Assembly: GCA_018664485.1 (NCBI GenBank)
Contig: JABJOE010000007.1
Span: forward strand, 132,353-196,352
Source of the DNA: Candidatus Uhrbacteria bacterium
Lineage (GTDB): Bacteria; Patescibacteriota; Patescibacteriia; UBA9934
DNA: 64,000 nucleotides
Reading direction: 5' to 3'
Part shown: positions 17,202-26,958 of the stretch, in pieces
Layout of the letters: each line of letters begins with the position of its first letter
Position numbering within the stretch: the stretch's first letter is position 1
Position numbers and translations under genes: made by a program
Notes under the pieces: generated by a model
Told to the model about the DNA's origin: nothing
The model's input: the letters and a program-made list of their open reading frames with translations, nothing else
The model's database searches: none

Positions 17202-17786
17202 TCAAGGAGCGAGCTGGCCCCATGGGAAGTGGGTGACATCGAGGTCTAGGTCTATGCCAAGACTATCTCGGAGAAACACTCGAAGTGCATCGAATGTCCT
17301 TGGTCCGAATCCCACCATCTTCGTACCCGAATCGGTGATAGTCCGTATGGTTGGCATTTCTCGGCGCGTACCCGTACGATGCCGTACCCAGAATCCACCT
17401 TTCCCCTTGTAGATCAAGAGAAGATCTGCGACATGAGTAATTCCATGATCTTGAGAGCGATTGAATATCGCTGTCGGAACGTCATCGAGTTTATCAATCA
17501 GCTTGAACAAGTTCGGATTCCATCTTGGCTCAGGGTCACGCAGAAGCGCCTCGGTAAGCTCGCTCGCTGGACACACGATGGTCAATTCTGCCCCCTCTCG
17601 TTCCCAGTCGTGGGCAACCGAGGTGAATCCCTCGAACAAAAACGCAGTATTCTCGCCTGCTCCGCCGGTATAAATGAATGACTCAGCTGAACGATTGCGC
17701 GCAAGGACCATGAGCTCAGAGGCTGTGGGCTCGCGTCTGATCGGACTGGGACCATTACCATCTTGTAGGTCGATGAAAATCTTCAT
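17202..17786 (-). CDS. Hypothetical protein (194 aa) in a high-GC insert.
   Basis: ORF in a GC-rich block. A weak Rossmann-like G-rich motif (FIYTGGAGENTAF) is not enough to assign a family. Confidence 0.45.
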   Translation of the reverse strand: MKIFIDLQDGNGPSPIRREPTASELMVLARNRSAESFIYTGGAGENTAFLFEGFTSVAHDWEREGAELTIVCPASELTEALLRDPEPRWNPNLFKLIDKLDDVPTAIFNRSQDHGITHVADLLLIYKGKGGFWVRHRTGTRREMPTIRTITDSGTKMVGFGPRTFDALRVFLRDSLGIDLDLDVTHFPWGQLAP

Positions 17787-18003
17787 GAAAGCTCCCCTGT
17801 GTGGATCTGCACGTTATCAAGATCTTCCGTTTTTTTCAATAAATACAGGTTATACATCTGCTGAAGATTTGAGCCTTAAGTTATCCTACTTTTTATAATC
17901 TCAATATATATCAGGCGCTCAATCCTTCTGATAAATTTTTTCCACACTCAAACCCCGCGCCATAGCCCGGCGCGGGGTAAGTTTGATCGTAGCCAGTTTT
18001 CAG

Positions 18004-18441
18004 CTAGATCAGAAAGTTGATTGCAAGTCTTGATACCACTGGCACCGTCCACCCAACGCACAACACGCAAGTGACAAGAAGAGCGTCACGCTCAACGAAG
18101 TCCCAATCAGCCACGCTCTTTCCGTAGTTTTTCTTTCGTGCCGTGTATCCGACAAAAAAGAAAAAACAAACGAGGCAGATGGCAATTGCAGTTAGCTCGG
18201 CCAGGGAATCATCAGCGTACAGTGAGACTGTTGCAAACGACAAGTCCAAATACAGGCAGGCGAATATGCCGATCGGAATCAAGGTCCAATACTTCGCAAT
18301 AATGGACCACCTGTTTGAGATCGCGAGCTCAACAGCCGAAACCAATCTAAATATGGCTATAGCGACCATCAGCTTGATCCGATACCTTAGAGTTCCTCTC
18401 GCCAAAATGCACCTCCAAACGTTGTAATTTTCGCTGACCAA
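18004..18441 (-). CDS. Hypothetical small membrane protein (145 aa, 3-4 TM).
   Basis: Hydrophobic segments. No conserved motif recognised. Confidence 0.45.
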   Translation of the reverse strand: MVSENYNVWRCILARGTLRYRIKLMVAIAIFRLVSAVELAISNRWSIIAKYWTLIPIGIFACLYLDLSFATVSLYADDSLAELTAIAICLVCFFFFVGYTARKKNYGKSVADWDFVERDALLVTCVLCVGWTVPVVSRLAINFLI

Positions 18442-18566
18442 AGATCAACGAGCCAGTTAAACAGATTTACAGCAATAAGTCAATAGTCATAGCCTAAAAT
18501 AGATGTTGCACAAACGCCCACCCAGGAGTTCCCGGGCGGGCATCGGACGTCGTCAGTCAGTAGCGA

Positions 18567-20024
18567 CTAGCAGATCTTGCGAAAAGATATGGTGCCATCA
18601 CCAACGTGACGGACTGTACACACCCCGTTACCTACAGAGACGAGGTCTTTCACCGTTGTATTCCCTGCGCGCACTCGAGTACGAATCAAACCATCCCAGA
18701 CTGAATCTATGCTAGTTGATCTGGTAAGAACCGAGAACACGGGGATTGCACGCCCGCTATCCTCCCTCACCTCTCTGTCATCTTGCCAGTACAGAATCAA
18801 ACGGTCACCAACGCGACGCATACTGCTACCGCGAGTCCGCAGTACGATTTCGTCCAGACCATCAATCAACTCACCGCTCGCACTGTCGATGAACACAAGT
18901 CGGTCAGTTTTCTCGAACGTAATCAACGCGGCGAGAGTCCTGTCGTTGAGCACTTCGATTTGCCTGAATGTATAGCCCTGAGGAAGAAGAAAGGACTTCA
19001 TTCCACCTTGGAATCTGAATTCAACGATTCTCTCCCGTGATTCAGCCCCTTCGGAGACCACGAAAAAAACACGATCACCCCCTCTACACTGCCTACCTGC
19101 ACGAATGTCCACTTTACCATCGATAGTGATCTGTCCGATGGTGCCATCAATGGTCATCAGAAACACTATCGAGCCACCTCCACGGGCCGGGAAGGTTTCC
19201 AGCCACTGTCGGTTTCCCTCTACCTCTCGTAAAGTACCAAACAGCGCCTGCCCACCATTGCCCGACTGACGCATACCGCCCCAAATGACAGAGTTGAGTC
19301 GACGAATGCCGATGACCGGGAATGCACCCATAGCGCCAAGTACATACGCACCTTCAGCACTACAAAGCTCACGGTGAGTTTTATCCGATCCTTTTGCACG
19401 CCACAAATGAAGTACGCGGCAGACGCGATCTTGCGAGATTTGAACCGCCATATGCCGTGCACCCTCACTATCCTCCCAAAGCCAAGGGAGAAACTTCCGA
19501 TTGAAGAGCGCCTCTTCTCCCTTATTGTAGCCCTGACGATGCGTGACGAGATACTCTGGCGCAAGCTCTACACTCCAATCACCCCACACGAGATGATACA
19601 AGCCCCTATCGTCACGGTAGGAGAATGAAATTTCCCCACGCTCCCATTGAAGATGACTCACGTTGAAATGCCCTCTATCCGATGGCGCATTCTTGCTCCA
19701 GTCACCGTAAGGAGCGGACCTGTCTAGAATCTCAACACGACCATGACCATCAGCCCCCCGAGCACTCACGGCAATCGTACCGTCAGCGGCAACTGCAATA
19801 TCATGCACCTGCAGTATCCGACATTTGATCTGACCACTCTCACCCGATGCGAGGGTTGTAGGGTTGCCACGGAGACCCTCATGGGCACGCTCAAGGCGTG
19901 GGTTGTCGAAATCACCAGTACTAATGGCTGTAGCTATTTCCACAAGCATACCGGCGAACACACTTCTCAGACTTTCTGACATCATGTACTCCATTCCTAA
20001 AATGATGCAACGCGGATCAACCAA
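18567..20024 (-). CDS. Hypothetical protein (485 aa) in a high-GC insert; possibly a beta-rich/propeller-like fold.
   Basis: Long ORF in a GC-rich block with recurring DG-T/S-I and GxVxI strand-like repeats. No catalytic motif recognised. The start is uncertain (MVDPRC... or an internal MEYMMSES). Confidence 0.5.
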   Translation of the reverse strand: MVDPRCIILGMEYMMSESLRSVFAGMLVEIATAISTGDFDNPRLERAHEGLRGNPTTLASGESGQIKCRILQVHDIAVAADGTIAVSARGADGHGRVEILDRSAPYGDWSKNAPSDRGHFNVSHLQWERGEISFSYRDDRGLYHLVWGDWSVELAPEYLVTHRQGYNKGEEALFNRKFLPWLWEDSEGARHMAVQISQDRVCRVLHLWRAKGSDKTHRELCSAEGAYVLGAMGAFPVIGIRRLNSVIWGGMRQSGNGGQALFGTLREVEGNRQWLETFPARGGGSIVFLMTIDGTIGQITIDGKVDIRAGRQCRGGDRVFFVVSEGAESRERIVEFRFQGGMKSFLLPQGYTFRQIEVLNDRTLAALITFEKTDRLVFIDSASGELIDGLDEIVLRTRGSSMRRVGDRLILYWQDDREVREDSGRAIPVFSVLTRSTSIDSVWDGLIRTRVRAGNTTVKDLVSVGNGVCTVRHVGDGTISFRKIC

Positions 20025-20198
20025 ACCTTTTTGGCTAAGAAGATTGCTAACATCAAATCGGGAATTATGGATTGACAGGCATATGCCCGGCCGTCGAGTG
20101 ACGGCATCTCAAACTATCACTTTAAAGTACTATTCGTCAATCATTTCAACATAAAAGTACGTATTGCGCAGCCTCGCCTTTCCTGGTAAGTTCCTCTT

Positions 20199-21314
20199 AT
20201 GAAAGTCGCACTTATTCACGACCATCTCATCCAAAGCGGTGGAGCCGAACGGGTTCTTGAGGCTATGCAGGATATTTGGCCGGATGCTCCAACGTTTACG
20301 CTGCTATACGATCCTAATCGTATGGACGGCACTTTTGGACATCGCGACATTCGAACATCGTTTTTACAAAAACTCCCGGGCGCTACATCTGCACCCCGAT
20401 GGCTCCTACCTCTCATGCCAATGGCGACTGAGAGTTATGACCTTTCTGGATTTGATGTCATCGTGTCGTCAACCAGCGCATTTTCAAAGGGCATTATTCC
20501 ACCACAAGATGCAATCCATATTTGCTACTGTCACACGCCAACGCGATACCTTTGGTCTGACACCCACAGTTACGTCGAGAGCTTAAAAGTTCCCACCCCG
20601 ATCAAGTACGCACTTCGACCACTACTTACAAAACTTCGAACATGGGATCGCCTGGCTGCAGATCGCGTAGACCATTTCATTGCAAACAGCCAAACTGTCT
20701 CAAGCAGAATCGATCGCTACTACGATAAAGACAGCGACATCATTTTTCCACCGGTAGATATCGATCAATTTTCTATCTCAGATCGTCCAAAAGAGTACTA
20801 CCTAATCGGTGGACGGCTAGTGGACTACAAACGATACGACTTAGTCGTGGATGCTTTCACAAAACTTGGCTTACCTCTTAAAATATTTGGATCTGGTCCA
20901 ATTGAGGAAGACCTTCGTGCACGTGCTGGAAAAAATATTCAATTCCTAGGACGAGTTTCAAACGAAGAACGTGCTCACTTATTCTCAAACGCAATCGCTT
21001 TCCTGCACCCACAGGAAGAGGACTTTGGAATCACGCCAGTTGAATCCATGGCTGCAGGCCGACCTGTAATCGCATATCGAAAAGGTGGAGCCCTTGAAAC
21101 TGTAATCGAAGGCAAGACAGGTACATTCTTTGATTACCAAGAATGGGAAGAGATAGCCGACACGGTTATGCGTTTTAAACACGAAGAATTTGACCCGCAA
21201 GCAATCCGAGAACACGCCAAACAATTCTCAGTAGAGAAATTTCACAATAATCTTCGATCTTTCGTTGATAACACCTGGAAAGACCATCGTCAAAAGCATT
21301 TAGGACTTTTATGA
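20199..21314 (+). CDS. Glycosyltransferase family 4 (GT-B fold, retaining).
   Basis: N-terminal MKVALIHDHLIQSGGAERV and a C-terminal GT1/GT4 nucleotide-sugar binding region (FLHPQEEDFGITPVESMAAGRPVIA). It overlaps the next gene by 4 nt (ATGA), so the two are in one operon. Confidence 0.85.
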   Translation: MKVALIHDHLIQSGGAERVLEAMQDIWPDAPTFTLLYDPNRMDGTFGHRDIRTSFLQKLPGATSAPRWLLPLMPMATESYDLSGFDVIVSSTSAFSKGIIPPQDAIHICYCHTPTRYLWSDTHSYVESLKVPTPIKYALRPLLTKLRTWDRLAADRVDHFIANSQTVSSRIDRYYDKDSDIIFPPVDIDQFSISDRPKEYYLIGGRLVDYKRYDLVVDAFTKLGLPLKIFGSGPIEEDLRARAGKNIQFLGRVSNEERAHLFSNAIAFLHPQEEDFGITPVESMAAGRPVIAYRKGGALETVIEGKTGTFFDYQEWEEIADTVMRFKHEEFDPQAIREHAKQFSVEKFHNNLRSFVDNTWKDHRQKHLGLL

Positions 21315-22399
21315 AGATCGCGATAGACATACGACATCTCGGCGCACCGCATCAAGCTGGGGTCGGAAAATATACGCTCAAACTAATTTCTGAGTTAGCT
21401 CAATTGGCACCCGATGACCAATTTTTTCTATTTGCATCTGGTAGACCGCAAACACTAGCCTATCTACCAAAGTTCACAGCACCAAATATTACTGTGATCG
21501 AAAAAAATATTCCAAATCGATTACTGTTTCTACTATTTCTTTTAAAAATCAAAACAATCGAGTCTCTTCTTCCTGAGCAACCAGATATCTGGCTATTTCC
21601 AAATCATAATATTATACACACCAAAATTCCCTACGCACTCACTGTGCACGACATTAGCTTTGATATTTTTCCTGCTTTTTTCACGCTTAAAGACCGGCTG
21701 AGGTACAAACTTGGAAGAGCAAAAGAATTCACACAAAAAGCAAAACATATCTTTGCAGTATCGGAGTCAACAAGGCGTGACCTGATTGACCGTTGGAATA
21801 TCGATCCTTCCAAAGTAACCGCAACCCCTCTTGGCGTTGATTCCAAATACAATGGGAAAGAATTGCCTTCGGACAGCTCTTATCTCTCACTGCATAAGAT
21901 TCGAGGCGAATATCTACTATGCCTTTGTACCCGAGAGCCTCGCAAGAATCTCGAAGCGGTTATCGAGGCTTATGCCAGTTGTGACAACCTTCCAAATCTA
22001 GTAATTGCCGGAGGTCGTGGCTGGAAATCTAAAACCTTGGACGAAGTTATCAAGAAATCTGGGGTGAAACATCGAATTCAAGTAATCGGATACGTACCCG
22101 AAAAACATAAACCAGCGCTATACCGTCATGCAAAAGCTTTTCTCTTCCCATCGTTTTATGAAGGCTTCGGACTTCCCGCCGCCGAGGCAATTGCGTGTGG
22201 CACGCCAGTTATTGCGAGCTCAACAGGTTCACTGCCTGAGATAGTCTCCAAAAATGCCATACTAGTAGATCCGTTTAATGTGACCGACCTGGTACAGGCG
22301 CTGAAGATGGTGAATGAAAAAAAGACTCAAGATAAACCCGAGCATTCCTGGAGCGACACCGCAAAACGCACATACGAAATTTTGAAAAATCTTTCATAG
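21311..22399 (+). CDS. Glycosyltransferase family 4.
   Basis: EX7E-type motif region (EPRKNLEAVIEAYA...FPSFYEGFGLPAAEAIACGTPVIAS). Confidence 0.85.
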   Translation: MKIAIDIRHLGAPHQAGVGKYTLKLISELAQLAPDDQFFLFASGRPQTLAYLPKFTAPNITVIEKNIPNRLLFLLFLLKIKTIESLLPEQPDIWLFPNHNIIHTKIPYALTVHDISFDIFPAFFTLKDRLRYKLGRAKEFTQKAKHIFAVSESTRRDLIDRWNIDPSKVTATPLGVDSKYNGKELPSDSSYLSLHKIRGEYLLCLCTREPRKNLEAVIEAYASCDNLPNLVIAGGRGWKSKTLDEVIKKSGVKHRIQVIGYVPEKHKPALYRHAKAFLFPSFYEGFGLPAAEAIACGTPVIASSTGSLPEIVSKNAILVDPFNVTDLVQALKMVNEKKTQDKPEHSWSDTAKRTYEILKNLS

Positions 22400-22434
22400 G
22401 CCATCGGATCAAGACATAGACTCTAGAAGAGTGA

Positions 22435-22458
22435 ATACGCAACCCGGTTGCGTATTTT
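22435..22458 (+). terminator. Rho-independent terminator of the GT operon.
   Basis: ATACGCAAC (22435-22443) CCG GTTGCGTAT (22447-22455), followed by TTT. Confidence 0.55.
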
Positions 22459-22481
22459 GCTATATGGGCACAAAGCACATT

Positions 22482-22509
22482 GGACCGGCTCCCAAAAAGG
22501 GGCCGGTCC
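22482..22509 (-). terminator. Convergent hairpin terminator for the minus-strand ORF 22522..22896.
   Basis: GGACCGGC(T)CCC / GGG(G)CCGGTCC, about an 11-bp stem with an A5 loop, 12 nt past the minus-strand stop. Confidence 0.4.
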
Positions 22510-22521
22510 ACGACGCTGCTC

Positions 22522-22896
22522 TCACGAGTTCTCCAATTTTACACTCTTGATGTCCATACGGTGTCTAGAAGCCCACTCAGTGACTACGACTACACCTACT
22601 CCCTTGATAGAGATCCGCCCATTGCAGAGCTTCACAAGCCACGCGTTTACAGTGTAGCGCTTGCCATCAAATTCAAATGACGTCATGTATACAGCGATGT
22701 TAGCCACACACTGAGGCTCGCCACCATATGTAGTAAGACATGCAATCACAGAGCCGACGCTGTGACCAATATTCTTCACCTGCACCACCTTGCCCGACGG
22801 CAACCCTACAAGGAATACCGGGACTGTCGTTCTGTCTGGTACAAAGTTGTACCGGATTCCTTCGAATGAAAGTTTATACACTCCTACTTCCATCAA
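22522..22896 (-). CDS. Hypothetical protein (124 aa), opposite strand, GC-rich, inserted between glycosyltransferase genes.
   Basis: ORF with its own downstream hairpin and back-to-back convergent terminators. No family recognised. Confidence 0.4.
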   Translation of the reverse strand: MMEVGVYKLSFEGIRYNFVPDRTTVPVFLVGLPSGKVVQVKNIGHSVGSVIACLTTYGGEPQCVANIAVYMTSFEFDGKRYTVNAWLVKLCNGRISIKGVGVVVVTEWASRHRMDIKSVKLENS

Positions 22897-23108
22897 TCAC
22901 CTCCCGAGATGTTTTAGCATACATAAATTAAACAAGGAAGCCCGCTCTTAGCACATCTCAAATCCCGCAAAACTTTTTTAAGAATCACACCCTCCATGCA
23001 TTATCGTGTAACTAAATTGTTCACCTGATTTTTCACTGTACACAAAAGATAACGTTATCCACTTTTCGCATATTTTAGCTAAAAAACAACTACCCTGCGT
23101 GGTATAAT

Positions 23109-24248
23109 GTGTGCATGAGGATTGGTATCGATGCACGATTTTACGGTCCACGTTTTGGAGGTGGCGGCCTTGGTCGTTACGTCTCCGAATTAGTGACTCA
23201 TCTTCAGCTCATCGATACAGACAATGAATACGTTTTGTTCTTGCGAAAAGAAAACTTTCACGAGTGTGAAATTGTAAATCCTCGCTTCTCAAAACGACTG
23301 GTAGATATACCCTGGTACACAGTTCAAGAGCAACGACAAATGCCTGGCCACGTACGCCGAGCACGAGTCGATGTCATGCACTATCCTCACTGGAACATCC
23401 CGGTGTTTAGCAAAACTCCGTTCATTGTAACGATCCACGATCTCATTCTCCTACAAGATAAGGCGAGCGCAAGGAGCTCAACGCGACATCCGCTGATACA
23501 CGGTTTCAAATATGCAGGCTTTAGAACGGTTCTGGAAAATGCGATCCACCGATCAAAACACATCATCTCAGTTTCACAATATACAAAAGACACAATCCTA
23601 GACCACTTCGGACTTCACTCAGACAAAATCACAGTCGTTCCAAATGGAGTGATCCCGCAACGTGAATCTCGAGGGGTGAACCTAACAGCACTTGGTGTTT
23701 ATCAGCCATACTTCCTGTACGTCGGTAATGCATACCCGCACAAGAACCTCGAGATGATGATGCATGCATTTGCGCAGTTCCACCCACATCACCCACATGT
23801 ACAACTCGTAATTGCAGGCCGTCGTGACCTTTTCTCGCATAATCTTGAAAAAGAAGCTTCTGAGTTAGGTCTTGCACCCGGAGCCGTACGATTCGTTGAT
23901 CTACCAACCGATGAAGAGGTCGCCGCATTATACAAAAACGCTGCCCTATTCATCTTCCCATCGCGCATTGAAGGATTTGGAATCCCTCCGCTGGAAGCTC
24001 TCTCATACGGAACACCAGTAGCTGCGGCACATAGCGCATCTCTACCTGAAGTATTACGCGACGGTGCTCGATACTTCGATCCAGATGATATCGAAAAGTT
24101 AACGCTCCTAATGCGTGATGCCACAGAAGCACCTCATCGATTTGATGACTCGATCCATGCCGGAAAAAGCCAGGTAGATCGCTTTACATGGATGAAAAGT
24201 GCCAAACAAACTCTAAAAGTTTACAACGAGCTAAGTTTGCTCGATTAG
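23109..24248 (+). CDS. Glycosyltransferase family 4.
   Basis: Motifs (YPHKNLEMMMHAF...FPSRIEGFGIPPLEALSYGTPVAA). Extended -10 TGGTATAAT lies immediately upstream at about 23100. Confidence 0.85.
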   Translation: MCMRIGIDARFYGPRFGGGGLGRYVSELVTHLQLIDTDNEYVLFLRKENFHECEIVNPRFSKRLVDIPWYTVQEQRQMPGHVRRARVDVMHYPHWNIPVFSKTPFIVTIHDLILLQDKASARSSTRHPLIHGFKYAGFRTVLENAIHRSKHIISVSQYTKDTILDHFGLHSDKITVVPNGVIPQRESRGVNLTALGVYQPYFLYVGNAYPHKNLEMMMHAFAQFHPHHPHVQLVIAGRRDLFSHNLEKEASELGLAPGAVRFVDLPTDEEVAALYKNAALFIFPSRIEGFGIPPLEALSYGTPVAAAHSASLPEVLRDGARYFDPDDIEKLTLLMRDATEAPHRFDDSIHAGKSQVDRFTWMKSAKQTLKVYNELSLLD

Positions 24249-24277
24249 TAATCACCCCGTAATCACCCGGAAGTCCC

Positions 24278-26917
24278 ATGCCTTCTTCCTCAAAAAAACG
24301 TAACACCTCCCGCTTGTCATCACGAGCTTCAAAGGGAAAGAAAAAAACTGATACACAAAAAGTATCAATGCTTTATGATGCGTCATTGCCAATTAGCCTC
24401 AAAAAGAAAGGCGTTGAGACGTCAAAAGGCTTTTCAATAAAACCTCGCACGCATCAAGCGAGCCCATCACCTTACATCGTGCATCTGTCGCACGAGAAAG
24501 AAGTTGCCAAGCCGGTTTCTGCAGCGCAACGCATCGATCAGCTAGCTAAAGAACTAGTTATTGACCACGCATACGAAGAAACAGTGTCTGAGGATGAGGT
24601 AAACGAGTCTTTAACAATAACCCTAGACGATTTATCAGCACAGCTGCGTGAACCGGAAGTGAACATCAGTTCAAGCTCACTTAAGATCGAGCGAGCTGTA
24701 ATTGAGCATGCTGTTATCGAGCCATCACGCGCGCCAGTGCAAGCAGTACAGCCAATTATCTTATTTGAGCAGGAAAATGTTATAGCACCTGTTGATGAGG
24801 TCATAATTATCCAAGAGGTCGAAGAAGAGCGAACGAAGGAACCGATTCGTCTTCGTCTTCCAACCATTTCATTACCAAGTTTTCAAAACATAGCAGCACG
24901 CCTTCCAGGATTACTACCAACGCAGGTTCGTCACAGAGCGATCGCATCATTCGTTGTACTTTCGATGGTTGCAGTCCTCCCTCTTCACGCCATGCAGTCA
25001 ATCGTGAACGTAACGGACACAAAAGACGACATCACTTCAATCGGAACACAAGCAATCGATGAGCTGAGCCGTGGAGCACATGCAGTTGAAGCGCAACGAT
25101 ACGATGTAGCACAGTCAGACTTTACGCGTGCCGGAGAACGATTCGCTGAAGCTCAGGATTCTCTACAAGACATGCATCTCGCTGTATCTGCACTAGTTAA
25201 CCTCATCCCACAGACCGACAGAACGTACGAAACAGTGCGTGGACTTGTGGTTGCAGGAAAAGAACTATCGACTGCAGCTTCCCTCTTCGCACAAGCGGCG
25301 GATGACCTAGCAAACAAAGATAGCATCACACTCACAAGTAAAATCAATCTACTTTCAGCGTACATCGCATCAGTACAACCGCATGTTCAGCTAGCACGAG
25401 AAGCGCTTGAAAATGTTGATCCAACTCTAGTGCCAGATGATCAACAAGAGCGAGTAACGGAGCTACTCCTCACCGTCCCGCAGCTCGAAGAGTCTGTTAA
25501 AGAATTTCTTACATTCTCAGAAACTTTGGTTCTCATCCTCGGTGATGAACAAAAAATGCGATACCTTGTAAGTTTCCAAAATAACACCGAGCTTCGTGCT
25601 ACTGGAGGATTTACTGGTAGTTTTGCAGAAATGGACCTCCTAAACGGAGAAGTAGAGAGCGTTTACATCCCAGAGGGTGGAACATACGATCTTCAAGGTC
25701 AGCTATCAAGTTTCGTTGAACCACCACAGCCACTCAGCTTACTTAACAGTCGCTGGGAATTTCACGACGCAAACTGGTTCCCTGACTTTGGAGCTTCTGC
25801 TTCTAAAATGATCGACCTCTATACTGATGCCGGAGGACCAACGGTTGATGGAATGGTCGCAGTAAATGCAACTCTACTACCTAAACTCCTTGAAATCACC
25901 GGGCCGATCGAGATGCCGGAGTATGGGCGCACAATCGATGCGGAGAACTTCCTATTTGAAACTCAAAAGATCGTCGAATACGAATACGAGCAGTATCAAG
26001 GCGTTGATGGACGTGAGGAAGATGCTCCAAAACAGTTTATTGGAGACCTTGCTCCAAAAGTTCTCGAGCTACTAGCGCAAGGTGACATGGAGACGCTACT
26101 TTCTGTCGCAGACGTGCTTGGGTCAGCACTCAACGAAAAAGATATCCAAGTCTATTTCCAAGACAACGACATCCAACGTGAAATCGAAGCATTGGGTTGG
26201 TCTGGATCAATGAAGCAAACTTCCGGCGACTATCTCATGGTAGTAAATACAAATTTGGGAGGTGGAAAGACAGACTCTGTCATCGGTCAAGACATCATCG
26301 TAGATATCGATATCACAGAAGCTGGTGAAATCATCAATACAGTTACTATTACAAAAGAACATCACGGTCTGCGCGATGCAATCTTCGAGGGAGCAAACAA
26401 CGTAGACTATCTCCGGCTCTATGTTCCAAACGGTAGCGAGCTTATTGAAGCTAGCGGATTCGAAGTACCTCCGTCCGACCTATTTGAAACTTCAGAATTT
26501 CTCCTAAACCAAGACGAGGACCTTGAACTTATGACGGCGGGCTTCTGGCATGATCCAGAATACGACGTTGATGTTTGGCAAGAGTCTGGAAAGACTGTAT
26601 TTGGATCTTGGATGCAAACAGCACCTGGCGAGATCGAAACCGTAACGTTCCGATACAAACTTCCATGGACAGTAGATCTATCTTCGCCAAACGACCTTCT
26701 ATCAGCCGCAAAAGAACGACTTGGTCTACGTGACCTTGAGAGCTACAGCCTACTGCTACAAAAACAATCCGGAGTAGAAACTCGCAATACATCAGTATTC
26801 CTACACCTTCCAGAATCAATGAACCTTCTGTGGAGCTCACACGAAGGACTGCGTACCGATGGCGTTGATCTTACAAACAAACAGGACGTATTCGTGCATT
26901 TCCTGATGGAACGATAA
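24278..26917 (+). CDS. DUF4012-like membrane-anchored protein, of the kind found in polysaccharide-synthesis loci of CPR and Actinobacteria.
   Basis: Basic N-terminus, a single TM (IASFVVLSMVAVLPL), a long extracellular region, and the central block MRYLVSFQNNTELRATGGFTGSFAEMDLLNGEV characteristic of DUF4012, as I recall the family. Confidence 0.55.
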   Translation: MPSSSKKRNTSRLSSRASKGKKKTDTQKVSMLYDASLPISLKKKGVETSKGFSIKPRTHQASPSPYIVHLSHEKEVAKPVSAAQRIDQLAKELVIDHAYEETVSEDEVNESLTITLDDLSAQLREPEVNISSSSLKIERAVIEHAVIEPSRAPVQAVQPIILFEQENVIAPVDEVIIIQEVEEERTKEPIRLRLPTISLPSFQNIAARLPGLLPTQVRHRAIASFVVLSMVAVLPLHAMQSIVNVTDTKDDITSIGTQAIDELSRGAHAVEAQRYDVAQSDFTRAGERFAEAQDSLQDMHLAVSALVNLIPQTDRTYETVRGLVVAGKELSTAASLFAQAADDLANKDSITLTSKINLLSAYIASVQPHVQLAREALENVDPTLVPDDQQERVTELLLTVPQLEESVKEFLTFSETLVLILGDEQKMRYLVSFQNNTELRATGGFTGSFAEMDLLNGEVESVYIPEGGTYDLQGQLSSFVEPPQPLSLLNSRWEFHDANWFPDFGASASKMIDLYTDAGGPTVDGMVAVNATLLPKLLEITGPIEMPEYGRTIDAENFLFETQKIVEYEYEQYQGVDGREEDAPKQFIGDLAPKVLELLAQGDMETLLSVADVLGSALNEKDIQVYFQDNDIQREIEALGWSGSMKQTSGDYLMVVNTNLGGGKTDSVIGQDIIVDIDITEAGEIINTVTITKEHHGLRDAIFEGANNVDYLRLYVPNGSELIEASGFEVPPSDLFETSEFLLNQDEDLELMTAGFWHDPEYDVDVWQESGKTVFGSWMQTAPGEIETVTFRYKLPWTVDLSSPNDLLSAAKERLGLRDLESYSLLLQKQSGVETRNTSVFLHLPESMNLLWSSHEGLRTDGVDLTNKQDVFVHFLMER

Positions 26918-26958
26918 GGAAACGGGCGTAGATGCAACAGATACTTATCATCCGATGA

